Assembly: GCA_015494395.1 (NCBI GenBank) | Contig: WGBG01000180.1 | Coordinates: 10,329 to 74,328, forward strand | DNA: 64,000 nt | Reading direction: 5' to 3' | Source: Deltaproteobacteria bacterium | GTDB taxonomy: Bacteria > Desulfobacterota > Dissulfuribacteria > Dissulfuribacterales > QOAL01 | In this document: piece after piece, positions 29,036-38,113 of the stretch | Numbering within the stretch: position 1 is the stretch's first letter | Layout: each line of letters begins with the position of its first letter | The notes under the pieces: generated by a model | The model's input: only the letters and a program-made list of their open reading frames with translations | The model's database searches: none | What the model was told of the DNA's origin: nothing | Translations under genes and position numbers: made by a program

Positions 29036-30620
29036 TGAGATTGTCCCCCTGTTTGAAAACTGGTACAGTGAAATAAAAAATCGCCCCTTTGTCACCAACG
29101 ATTTTAAGGCCTGCTTCGCCTCTGTGAAGTTCAACTATTCCCTTGACTATTGAGAGGCCAAGCCCTAGTCCTTCCGGCCCCTTATACCGTCTGGACTGAT
29201 AAAATTTGTCAAAAATCGCCTCCCGCTCTGCCTCTGGAACTCCTTGTCCCTGGTCTGTTACGGATATGAGCCAGAAGGATGCATCTTCTGGTGTGGAAGA
29301 ATTGTCACCATGAATGTCTGTACAGGGCTCAAGCCGCACATTTATTGAAGAGTGCTCAGGAGAAAATTTTATTGCATTTGAAAGCAGGTTTGACATTACC
29401 TGTTCCATTCTTGCAGGGTCAATCATAGCCGGACAGTGATACTCAGGAACCTGGTAGTTTATTTCTATTTTTTTCTCCCAGGCCAGGGGCATGGCCATGA
29501 GGATGGTGTTTTCAATAAGTTCAGCTAGATCTATGGGCCTTAAGTCAAATTCCATTGAACCGCTGTCAAGCCTTGTACAGTCAAGCACGTCCTGAACCAT
29601 ACCTGCAAGTTTGGTGCAGTTTCGTTCAAGTATTTCTAGGTAAGGGTTGTCTTTGCAGAATTCAGTGTTTTTAAGGAGACTCAGGGCCCCTTTCATGGCT
29701 GTTATGGGGGTCTTGAGGTCATGGGTTATGTTGGTAAAAAAATCAGCCTTGTACTGCTCGGTTCGTTTAAGCTCATCGTACGCCTGTTTCATGCTTGAAA
29801 CAGCCTTTTCCACTTCTTCCTGTAAAACTGCCTGCTGTCTTGCAAGTTCCCGCACCATGGAGTTAAAGTTTTTTCCCACGGCCTTCCATTCTACTGAGCC
29901 CTGAAGATCAAGCCGCACATCAAGGTCCCCCTGCTGAACTCTGCTGGCTGCGGCATCAAGCTTCCCAAGTGGTTTGAGCACGAACCGGTTTAAGAGTATC
30001 CAGAGGATAACCATAAGTAGCCCGAATGCGCCTGTCAGGTAGAGGGCGGCATAGAGGCTTTTTTGTTTAAGGGTACTGAAAAAACGCTCTGCGTCATGAA
30101 GGCTTACAGTTATGCAGCCTATGATTCCTGTTTTTTTCTTTTCAGCGTGGCAGGATGTGCAACCTGCATCAAATACAAGCGGGCCGGCATATCTGAATAC
30201 AGGCCTGCCATCTGCTTCGGTAACATCCCAGAGTTCCCGGACACCCTTGTTTTTCATAAGGCTGATGGCCTTTTGTTCAAATGGATCAGGTGCATGATCC
30301 GGGTCAACATTGCCATCCAGTGCCAGTTTTATGGAAAATGGTGCGTGTTTTTTCTGGCCCAGGTCTGCAAGTGCCTTGGTAAAGCCTGAGGGGGTCTTGC
30401 GCTGGAATTGATTGTCCTTACGAACATACACCCCCTTCCACTGGGAGATTAACTGCCGGGTCAGCACGATGTAGTGATAAATCCCCCTGGCCTCAAGCTT
30501 CATCTGTTCCATCACCGCCCTCTTTTCATGATGGTTTTGCCATGCCATGAATATTCCTGCAAAGATCAGGTTTAGTAAGAGCAGGATTAAGAAAAGTTGT
30601 CTGTTAAGGCTTGAGGGCAT
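29028..30620 (-). CDS. sensor histidine kinase with periplasmic CXXCH-containing (DUF3365/Tll0287-like) domain and HAMP
   Basis: Two TM helices bracket a ~160-aa periplasmic domain containing CTSCH (30147..30161). These are followed by a HAMP domain, the H-box FFTNITHDLKTP, and the HATPase N/G boxes. Confidence 0.85.
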   Translation of the reverse strand: MPSSLNRQLFLILLLLNLIFAGIFMAWQNHHEKRAVMEQMKLEARGIYHYIVLTRQLISQWKGVYVRKDNQFQRKTPSGFTKALADLGQKKHAPFSIKLALDGNVDPDHAPDPFEQKAISLMKNKGVRELWDVTEADGRPVFRYAGPLVFDAGCTSCHAEKKKTGIIGCITVSLHDAERFFSTLKQKSLYAALYLTGAFGLLMVILWILLNRFVLKPLGKLDAAASRVQQGDLDVRLDLQGSVEWKAVGKNFNSMVRELARQQAVLQEEVEKAVSSMKQAYDELKRTEQYKADFFTNITHDLKTPITAMKGALSLLKNTEFCKDNPYLEILERNCTKLAGMVQDVLDCTRLDSGSMEFDLRPIDLAELIENTILMAMPLAWEKKIEINYQVPEYHCPAMIDPARMEQVMSNLLSNAIKFSPEHSSINVRLEPCTDIHGDNSSTPEDASFWLISVTDQGQGVPEAEREAIFDKFYQSRRYKGPEGLGLGLSIVKGIVELHRGEAGLKIVGDKGAIFYFTVPVFKQGDNLND

Positions 30621-30700
30621 AGTATATGAATGAGAAAGTTTATTGTGATAGGCATGTATTATGAATGTAACATATATGAAACCTTGGCGCTAATGTTACA

Positions 30701-31050
30701 GTGGAAATAGCTCAAAGCTGAAAGCTCAAGGCTCAAAGTAAAAGAAGCCTATTTGCTTCCAGCTTCCGCTTTGGGTTAACTTTCATGTATCTATTCAGCG
30801 TGATAATTGGTCTTGTTTTGGAGTGACTTTGAAGAATTTCGTAGTTTTTCTTGGAGAAGCGCAGCCAGAAAATCGCGTCTGTCTGAGCGAGGCACGAGCG
30901 AGTTTCGCGATTTTGGCGTAGCGAGCCTTAGAAAAACAAGGAATTGTTCTCCGGAACGGAAAAACAAGACCAATTATCAACCTTATAATATCAATACGCT
31001 GAACAGTTACACTTTCATATCATGGGATGACAAACCCCATGTCATGAAAA
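30701..31050 (+). repeat. family C palindromic composite element (C1), interrupted by family A copy A2
   Basis: 30701..30786 matches the left ~90 bp of the intact copy at 49084..49205. 31011..31050 matches its right hairpin (..gatgacaaaccccatgtcatgaaa). Confidence 0.7.
30787..31010 (+). mobile_element. family A MITE, full length (A2)
   Basis: Canonical ends. Perfect 8-bp duplication ACTTTCAT (30779..30786 and 31011..31018), which is sequence belonging to family C. Confidence 0.9.
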
Positions 31051-31099
31051 TTTAGTATGAATTTGTGTAAGAAAACATTTTTAGAGTGTAAAAAACAAC

Positions 31100-31822
31100 A
31101 TGGCAGTGTTAAAGGCAGATGGCTTGGAAAAATCATACCGTGGCAGGCAGGTCGTAAAGGGGGTGAAGATTAAGATAAAAACCCGAGAGGTTGCAGGGCT
31201 CCTGGGCCCCAATGGAGCAGGCAAGACCACGGTATTTTATATGCTTGCCGGGATAATAAGGGCAGATGCAGGCAGTGTATCACTGAACGGAAAAGACATA
31301 ACAGCCCTGCCTCTTTCAGCCCGGGTTAAACATGGCCTGACCTACCTTCCCCAGGAGAGGTCTGTTTTTCAGGGACTCAGTGTGAAGAAGAATCTGTCTG
31401 CAGTCCTTGAGATGCTTGATATAAGCAAGGCTGAGATAGAAAGGAGAACTGAAAAGTATCTTGCCGAGTTTGATTTGGAACACGTGGAATCCTCTCTAGC
31501 GAGAGAGCTTTCAGGAGGTGAGGCAAGGCGGCTTGAGATTGCACGTGCCATTGCAGTTGAGCCTGATTTTTTGCTCATGGATGAGCCCTTTGCTGGGGTG
31601 GATCCAATGGCAGTCAGTATGATTCAGGACATAATCAGGAGGCTTAAAGGCCTTGGTATGGGGATTTTAATATCTGATCACAACGTAAAGGAAACACTCA
31701 AGGTCTGTGATCACGCGTTTATTATGAATGAAGGAGAAGTGCTGGTTTCAGGGGCTCCGGATGAGCTAGCAAAGAGTCCCGAGGCAAGGGCAGTTTATCT
31801 GGGGGAACGGTTCAGGCTGTAA
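31100..31822 (+). CDS. lptB: LPS export ABC transporter ATP-binding protein
   Basis: Walker A (GPNGAGKTT), signature LSGGEARRLEIARA, Walker B (FLLMDEPFAGVDP), and a length (240 aa) typical of LptB. Confidence 0.9.
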   Translation: MAVLKADGLEKSYRGRQVVKGVKIKIKTREVAGLLGPNGAGKTTVFYMLAGIIRADAGSVSLNGKDITALPLSARVKHGLTYLPQERSVFQGLSVKKNLSAVLEMLDISKAEIERRTEKYLAEFDLEHVESSLARELSGGEARRLEIARAIAVEPDFLLMDEPFAGVDPMAVSMIQDIIRRLKGLGMGILISDHNVKETLKVCDHAFIMNEGEVLVSGAPDELAKSPEARAVYLGERFRL

Positions 31823-31829
31823 AAAACAG

Positions 31830-31900
31830 GTATCTATGCACCGGGGCGGAAAAACAAGACCATTTACCAACCTTATAACACCCATACGCTGAACGGCTGC
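31830..31900 (+). mobile_element. family A MITE, internally deleted short form (A3)
   Basis: GTATCTA..ggcggAAAAACAAGACCATTTACCAACCTTATAA..ACGCTGAACGGCTGC. The flanks AAAAACAG / AAAAATAT match at 6 of 8. Confidence 0.6.
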
Positions 31901-31911
31901 AAAAATATACG

Positions 31912-33630
31912 TTATCGGGAAATCGGCTCAAGTACACCGTTATTCAGGATAAATGCCATGTCTGCTGCATCTATCATTCTGTCATGGTGTGATATGGCAA
32001 ATATGGTGAGGTCTCCGGCAAGGTTTTTCAAGGTCTCACATATCTCCTTTTCACTTGCGGGATCAAGGGCGCTTGTAGCCTCATCCAGAATTAGTATTTG
32101 TGGCCTGTGAATAAGCGCCCTGGCAATGGTAATACGCTGCCTCTGGCCACCTGAAAGCCTGCTTCCCCTTTCTCCTGTAACCGTATGGATGCCATCAGGA
32201 AGCCTTGAGACAAATTCCCATGCTCCTGCTCTCTTTAATGCATATTCTACATCGGCTTCAGTAAAGCTCTTGTCTCCAAGTGTTATGTTTACCATTATGC
32301 TGTCATGGAGCAGCATGGTTTCCTGCGCCACATAGCCGATCATCTTACGCCATTTTTTGATATCAAATTCGCTAAGTGAGGTGTGGTCAATCAGTATGTC
32401 ACCGCTTGATGGCACCATAAGCCCGCAGATCAGATCAGCCAGAGTCGTTTTGCCAACACCTGATGGCCCTGCCAGTGTGATAAACCTGCCCTTGGGAAAT
32501 GTTACACTGATGTTATTAAGAATGGATTTGCTGTCGTATGAAAAGCTTACATTGTGCAGACGAATTGCCTGCGTAAAAAACGGAAGTTTGGTTCCTTTCC
32601 ACTGCTCATACCATTTTTGAGCCTCCTGTATCCTGCTTTGCATGGACCAGTAGGCACTTTCGGCAATTACCATGGATTGATGTTGCCGCTGTGCCCTCTG
32701 AAGGGTCTTTAGAATCTTGTTAAGCATGTACACCATGACCAGGACGCTTGAAATAGAAAGATTGAAGGTTACCAGGGCAATGTACAGACCTGCTGAGAAA
32801 AATATGGTCATAAGTGGTTCCTGCATTGCCCTCAGTGCCTCCCGGCTGAATACCTGCATCCTTAACGCATGGTTTAAATTAAGTGTTTCCTGTTCAAGCA
32901 TTGTCTGGGTGGTCTGTTCCCTTGCCATTGCCTTCAGGGGCTTTATGGACTGAAGGGTGTCAGTCATTAGTGAAATCAGAGATTTAAGCTTGTCTGTCTG
33001 GTTTTTTCCTGCCTGTTTGGCCTTTATGACAAGCTGTTTCAGCAGGTAAAGAATTAATGATCCTACTACCAGTGCAAGGAGTGTGATACGCCAGGTCACC
33101 ATCATGGCAACTGATATATAGACAATGCAGTTTAAGAGCAGTGCAATTATCCTCATGCCAAAGAGGTAGGCGCTTGCAGAGCGTTGTGCCTCGGTTGCAA
33201 ATGAGTTTGTGAATGCACCGGCAGACTGATGTACAAAATATTCCCATCGGCTTGCAAATATGGCGCGTATCAGGTCAAGCCTCAGGTCTGTTGCAACCCT
33301 TGCAACCATGTATCCAACCTGTCTGTTGGCAATCAGAACCAGGCTGACTTTGATAATAATGCTCATTACAAAAAGGATGAGCAGAAGGCCAACTGTTGGG
33401 TGAATATGAAGGAACGCGAAAAGATTGCTTACTGCAATTTCCAGTGAGGAAGGGGAGTGGTTGGAGCCTGGCTGCTGCATGGCTGATCCGGAACTGTCAA
33501 AGGAAAGCGTGAGTAGCGGAAGGAGCATTGACATCCCAAAACCCTCGGCAATGCCGGCAAAGAGCATGGCAAAGAGGGTTACTACGCTTTGGGACGGATA
33601 GCGTTTCAGAAATGTGAGGACGAGATTCAT
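31912..33630 (-). CDS. ABC transporter, fused permease/ATPase (MsbA/lipid exporter-like)
   Basis: Six-TM N-terminal half, then Walker A (GPSGVGKTT), LSGGQRQR and ILILDEATSALD. Confidence 0.85.
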   Translation of the reverse strand: MNLVLTFLKRYPSQSVVTLFAMLFAGIAEGFGMSMLLPLLTLSFDSSGSAMQQPGSNHSPSSLEIAVSNLFAFLHIHPTVGLLLILFVMSIIIKVSLVLIANRQVGYMVARVATDLRLDLIRAIFASRWEYFVHQSAGAFTNSFATEAQRSASAYLFGMRIIALLLNCIVYISVAMMVTWRITLLALVVGSLILYLLKQLVIKAKQAGKNQTDKLKSLISLMTDTLQSIKPLKAMAREQTTQTMLEQETLNLNHALRMQVFSREALRAMQEPLMTIFFSAGLYIALVTFNLSISSVLVMVYMLNKILKTLQRAQRQHQSMVIAESAYWSMQSRIQEAQKWYEQWKGTKLPFFTQAIRLHNVSFSYDSKSILNNISVTFPKGRFITLAGPSGVGKTTLADLICGLMVPSSGDILIDHTSLSEFDIKKWRKMIGYVAQETMLLHDSIMVNITLGDKSFTEADVEYALKRAGAWEFVSRLPDGIHTVTGERGSRLSGGQRQRITIARALIHRPQILILDEATSALDPASEKEICETLKNLAGDLTIFAISHHDRMIDAADMAFILNNGVLEPISR

Positions 33631-33727
33631 TGTCCGGATCTGGCAAGGGGCTGCAACAATTTATATAGCCAGCTTTAAGAGAGGGTAATGAATGGAAATA
33701 ACCTTTATGCTGGCATTTAGAGCGGTG

Positions 33728-34906
33728 TTATTCAGAGGTAAGGGCTTCAAATGCATCACCAATGGTGGATACCTGCTCAGGTGTGTGAGATGCGCTCATA
33801 CTGCAGCGCAAAAATGCACTTCCATCTGGTGTGGCAGGTGGCAGTACCATGTTTACATAAACACCTTTAGCAAGCAGTCCCTTCCACACTCTCAAGGCTT
33901 CATGCGGATCAGTGAATCTTACAGGAATAATGGGAGTGGGTTCAGGGCCAAGGTTCAGCTTGAGTGAGGACAGCCTGTCATAGAGTGCATTTGTGTTTTG
34001 CCATAGCCTTGTTCTAAGCTCAGGACGTGTGGCGATTATCTCAAGTGCCTTTCTTGCAGATGCTATGTTGGAAGGGGAGGGGGAGGCAGTAAAAATATAT
34101 GGCCTGCTTGCGTAGCGCAGAATTTCAAGCTGCTGGTGGTTGCTTGAACAAAAGCCCCCGGTTGCACCAAGGCTCTTGCTGAACGTACCGGTGATAAAGT
34201 CAACCTTGTCTGAAACCCCTGCCTCTTCGGCAAGTCCCCTGCCATTTTCTCCCAATACTCCCAGTGAGTGTGCCTCATCTACCAGGAGATAAGCCCCGTA
34301 TTTTTCTTTCAGTTCAACTATTTCTCTTATGCATGCCCGATCCCCCAGCATGCTGTAAAGCCCTTCTATGATAATCAGAATGTTTGTTTTGCGTTTCTGC
34401 AGACGGGAGAGCCTTTTTTCAAGGTCTTCCATATTGTTGTGCTTGAAACGGAACATCTCAGCCCCGCCCATGCGGCAGCCGTCATATATGCTGGCATGAC
34501 AGTCAGCGTCAAGCAGAGCGATGTCGCCGGGGCCAGCCAGGGATGAGAGCACAGCCAGGTTTGCACCATATCCTGTGGTGAAAACGATCGTGTTTGAGCA
34601 GCCAAGAAAATTTGAAAGGGCCTCTTCAAGCTGGACATGACCTGAAAAAGTCCCGTTTGCCATGCGGGAACCAGTGGTTCCTGTACCGTTTTGTCTGGTT
34701 GCCTGGCACGCTGCCTCTATGCATTCAGGGTCCATTGAAAGGCCCAGGTAGTTGTTGGTTCCGGCCAGAATTACCTTTTTGCCATTTATAACAGCCTCGG
34801 TGCTGGACAGGATTTCATCCATTACCACCTGAAAGAAGGCGCCAAATTCCTGTTCAAGTTTCTGGCCTGCCTGGACAAGTTTGTCAAATTTGTCAAAGAT
34901 GTTCAT
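33728..34906 (-). CDS. spt: serine palmitoyltransferase-like alpha-oxoamine synthase
   Basis: Blocks closely resemble bacterial Spt as I recall it: GSRMANGTF, DADCHASIYDGC, EGLYSMLGD, LVDEAHSLG, GTFSKSLGATGGF (PLP Lys), RPYIFTAS, YVNMVLPPATP, FLRCSMSASHT. Confidence 0.8.
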   Translation of the reverse strand: MNIFDKFDKLVQAGQKLEQEFGAFFQVVMDEILSSTEAVINGKKVILAGTNNYLGLSMDPECIEAACQATRQNGTGTTGSRMANGTFSGHVQLEEALSNFLGCSNTIVFTTGYGANLAVLSSLAGPGDIALLDADCHASIYDGCRMGGAEMFRFKHNNMEDLEKRLSRLQKRKTNILIIIEGLYSMLGDRACIREIVELKEKYGAYLLVDEAHSLGVLGENGRGLAEEAGVSDKVDFITGTFSKSLGATGGFCSSNHQQLEILRYASRPYIFTASPSPSNIASARKALEIIATRPELRTRLWQNTNALYDRLSSLKLNLGPEPTPIIPVRFTDPHEALRVWKGLLAKGVYVNMVLPPATPDGSAFLRCSMSASHTPEQVSTIGDAFEALTSE

Positions 34907-34919
34907 TGAGATGGATATG

Positions 34920-35159
34920 TCAGATAAGTTTTTTTATTTGCGTAGCAAGATCTTCCACTGTGCGAACTTCAGCAAGTACATTTATGGGGATGGAGATGTC
35001 AAAGGTATCCTCAATCTGGGCAAGGATCTCCATGGATTTCAAGGAATCAATTGAGAGATCTGTAGCCAAATCTGTTTCAGGGGTAATCTCCGTATCTTCA
35101 GGCACCATTGGTTTGAGTATTTGGATGATTTTTCCAAGAACTTCCCTTTCCTCTCCCAT
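34920..35159 (-). CDS. acyl carrier protein
   Basis: 79 aa and acidic, with the phosphopantetheine attachment motif LSIDSLKSMEI. Confidence 0.8.
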   Translation of the reverse strand: MGEEREVLGKIIQILKPMVPEDTEITPETDLATDLSIDSLKSMEILAQIEDTFDISIPINVLAEVRTVEDLATQIKKLI

Positions 35160-35211
35160 GAGACCAACACCTTTCTGTAGAATTTGAAACTCTGTTCATT
35201 CCAGGTTTATT

Positions 35212-36150
35212 TCACGCTGCTAAAAGTTCCCTCAGCCCCTTCTTCAAACTTATAACAGGAGACCAATGATAATCCTGGGAAATAGGGCCGTTCTCAGCGG
35301 TCCAGTCAGGATGTAAAAGCTCATTTGCCTTGCCTAGAGTCAGCATTGGAGCATTTCCTGTTATTCTTGAAACACAAATATTAACCAATCCAAGAAACTT
35401 TACAATAGTTGCAGGTATTTTAATCCTGTTTATTTTTTTGCCTGTGATTATTGAGACTGTATCAATAATATCATGCCATGTATATCCCCCCTCCATTCCA
35501 TCGTGGATCTCATAAATCCCTGCATCCCTTGCAATCCCTGTTTTTATGACGGTTTTGATGGCATTTGCAAGGTCATGGACATTTATCAATGACAGTCTCT
35601 GGGTTGTGCTGCCAATTACCGGACAAATGCCCATGGCCATGACCTTGAAAAGCGGCAAAAGTTCCCTGTCACCAGGTCCGTACACAGCAGTTGGACGGAG
35701 TATAACCAGCTTTTCAGGGTAATATTTTTTAATTAAAGCAATTTCTCCAGCTCTTTTGCTTGCGGCATAATGAGACAGGTGAGGTTCCCGTGCTGCAAGT
35801 GATGAGATATGTATTAATATGGGAGGCTTTTGGCACCTGGAGCAGATTTCTGCAATGGTTGATGTGCCATGCACGTTGACTGCCTCAAAATCTTTTAAGG
35901 CACGCCCTCTAACTGTGCCGGCACAGTGGACAACAGCATCAGCACCGGCTACCAGTTTTTCAATGCTATCGATGTCATTGAGATCGCCAGTTATCCAGGT
36001 GAGATTTTTTCTTTGAGGAAGGACCCTGTTTTTTTTCTTTCTTGTCAGGGCATTGATGTGCCAGCCCGATTCCCAAAGCACTTTTAGCAAAGCAGAACCA
36101 ATGAAGCCTGTTGCACCTGTGACAGCTACACGGGGAAAATGGTCATTCAT
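35212..36150 (-). CDS. NAD(P)-dependent epimerase/dehydratase-family reductase (CerR-like candidate)
   Basis: Extended-SDR fold with VAVTGATGFIGSAL. It lies between the FAAL and acp genes, as in bacterial ceramide clusters. Confidence 0.75.
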   Translation of the reverse strand: MNDHFPRVAVTGATGFIGSALLKVLWESGWHINALTRKKKNRVLPQRKNLTWITGDLNDIDSIEKLVAGADAVVHCAGTVRGRALKDFEAVNVHGTSTIAEICSRCQKPPILIHISSLAAREPHLSHYAASKRAGEIALIKKYYPEKLVILRPTAVYGPGDRELLPLFKVMAMGICPVIGSTTQRLSLINVHDLANAIKTVIKTGIARDAGIYEIHDGMEGGYTWHDIIDTVSIITGKKINRIKIPATIVKFLGLVNICVSRITGNAPMLTLGKANELLHPDWTAENGPISQDYHWSPVISLKKGLRELLAA

Positions 36151-36187
36151 TGGGGATGGGGCTTAATCTGGTACGGGCACAAAGGTA

Positions 36188-37924
36188 TCAGGCAGCTGCT
36201 TTCTCACCGTTCATTGCAAGATAGACCTTGCGACTTCCGCTGCGGCTGGGTTTCCCTGACGTGGTTCGTACCAGTGTATTCTTGGGGACAATTTCAACAA
36301 TGCATTCAATTCCTAACTCCTGGCGCACCAGACGTTTTAGCTCTTCTACCCGGCGCGCCTTTTCAGCAACATCGGTTATCTTGCTTTGTACCAGCAGGAC
36401 CGCCTCCTCAAGGCCGTTACTGTCAGTGCATGAGAAGGCACAGGCGTCTCCAGCCCGTATTCCGTCAATGCTTTCAGCAAGGTATTCGATGTCCTGTGGC
36501 CATATATTCCTGCCGTTTATTATGATAAGGTCTTTTGAACGGCCTGTAATAACTATCTCTCCATCTGACCAGTAGGCCATGTCACCGGTATTAAGCCACC
36601 CGTTTTTTGAGAGCACTTCTGCTGTTGCCTCAGCATCTGCAAAATATCCGGTCATTATGCTTGGTCCCCTGAGAAAAAGGGTGCCGCATTTACCTTCTGA
36701 AAGAATTTTTCCTTCTGCGTCTCTGATTTCAACCTCAAAGGTTGGCAGGGGCCTTCCACATCTGACAAAGGTATTTGCCCTTACTGCCTCATGTTGTTCA
36801 TCATTTTCGTTCAGGTAAACAACATCATTGGTCTCTGCAAGTCGTTCTGCATCTATTGTGTCCGTGGTTATTCCGGAATTTACAGGGGCAAAGGTAACGG
36901 CCAGGGAACATTCAGCCATGCCATAACACGGTATGAATGCCTTTGGACTGAAACCGGCAGGCTTCAGACATTTTGCAAATTTGTCCAGAGACTGTTTTCT
37001 TATCATCTCCGCTCCTATGCCGGCAATGCGCCAGGAACTCAGATCAAGACCTTCTATTTCATGGGGCTTGAGGCGCATGGCTGAAAGCTCGTATGAAAAT
37101 GGCGGTCCAAATGATATGGATGCCCTGTTGTCTGATATTAGCTTAAGCCACAGGCGAGGACGCATTACAAAATCTATTGTGCTGAAAAAATCCACAGAGA
37201 GCTGGCTTGCCATGCTTGCCAGCAGGAGTCCAACAAGGCCCATATCGTGGTAAAAGGGAAGCCATGATACTGCTCTGTCACCCTCCCTGACCTTGATTCC
37301 TGGCCCGGCTATTGCAGACAAGTTGTTCATCACTGCTGCCTGTGTAATCATCACTCCCTTTGGGAAGCGTGTGCTGCCGGATGTAAACTGCAGATATGCC
37401 AGTTCGTGCGGTTCCAGCGGGTGAAGTTTTTGGGTTGAGGTCGGGAGAGCATGAAAATCTTCTGGCGGACCTGTCATCTTCATGCCCAGGCCATCGGATG
37501 CCTTTAGCAGAAAGTCAAGGAAGTCGGGTGTGGATACTGCAATATCAGCCCCGCAAATGGTAAGAAGTCTTCTTAATTGGCCAATGTATGCCTCTGATCC
37601 GTTCAGATGAGTTCCTAATGGAAGAGGTACTGGAATAAGTCCTGCATACTGGCAGGCAAAGAAAAAACGCACGAACTCAGGGTGGGTTGTAGCAACCAGT
37701 GCGACCCGGGAGTTTCTTTCAAGGTCAAGGGAGAGCAGACGGGATGCCAGCTCCATTGCCTCAGCTTTGAGCCTGCTGTAGGGCAGCACATCATACAGTT
37801 CACCCCTGCGTGAGTAAAAATTAAAGCCCGTTTCTCCTGTTGCTGCATAATCCAGTGCAAGGGCAAGGGTATCGAAAGTTCCGGTTTTAAGGGGGACTGT
37901 ATTGAGTGTAGGGGTAGGATCCAT
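36188..37924 (-). CDS. fatty acyl-AMP ligase / acyl-ACP synthetase-like adenylating enzyme
   Basis: AMP-binding motifs (YLQFTSGSTRFPKGV, TGD..Y). FAAL-like architecture. Confidence 0.85.
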   Translation of the reverse strand: MDPTPTLNTVPLKTGTFDTLALALDYAATGETGFNFYSRRGELYDVLPYSRLKAEAMELASRLLSLDLERNSRVALVATTHPEFVRFFFACQYAGLIPVPLPLGTHLNGSEAYIGQLRRLLTICGADIAVSTPDFLDFLLKASDGLGMKMTGPPEDFHALPTSTQKLHPLEPHELAYLQFTSGSTRFPKGVMITQAAVMNNLSAIAGPGIKVREGDRAVSWLPFYHDMGLVGLLLASMASQLSVDFFSTIDFVMRPRLWLKLISDNRASISFGPPFSYELSAMRLKPHEIEGLDLSSWRIAGIGAEMIRKQSLDKFAKCLKPAGFSPKAFIPCYGMAECSLAVTFAPVNSGITTDTIDAERLAETNDVVYLNENDEQHEAVRANTFVRCGRPLPTFEVEIRDAEGKILSEGKCGTLFLRGPSIMTGYFADAEATAEVLSKNGWLNTGDMAYWSDGEIVITGRSKDLIIINGRNIWPQDIEYLAESIDGIRAGDACAFSCTDSNGLEEAVLLVQSKITDVAEKARRVEELKRLVRQELGIECIVEIVPKNTLVRTTSGKPSRSGSRKVYLAMNGEKAAA

Positions 37925-38113
37925 TTATATTTAAAAAAAATGCCATTATTTAAGCAAAACGATTACAGACACATCGCTTAATTGGGCATATGCTTGGCTA
38001 TTTGGTTATATTTGTAAAAAAAAGGAAAAACACAGGTAATATAGCGGCGGTAAACATAACATCACCTTTTCAATGAATCAACTGTGAAAAGGGTAAGGAG
38101 TGGAGAAATCGGG

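Noticed and set aside
30791-31055. Small ORFs (60-82 aa) on both strands with a recurring peptide (..FFRSGEQFLVFLRL..PKSRNSLVPRS.RRDF..). The same ORFs recur at 57555-57847 and 58889-59083, and as N-terminal extensions of the ORFs starting at 58938 and 52986.
   Set aside because: They lie entirely inside family A/C repeat DNA, are open on both strands because the element is a palindrome, and have no ribosome-binding sites. They are broken or frameshifted in other copies. The peptide conservation is just nucleotide repeat conservation.
37983-37998. A sigma-54-like sequence tGGGCATATGCTTGGCt on the plus strand upstream of the hypothetical gene at 38114.
   Set aside because: Only one register gives GG-N10-GC, and the -12 element then reads TGGC rather than TTGC. 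I could not support it without a scoring matrix.
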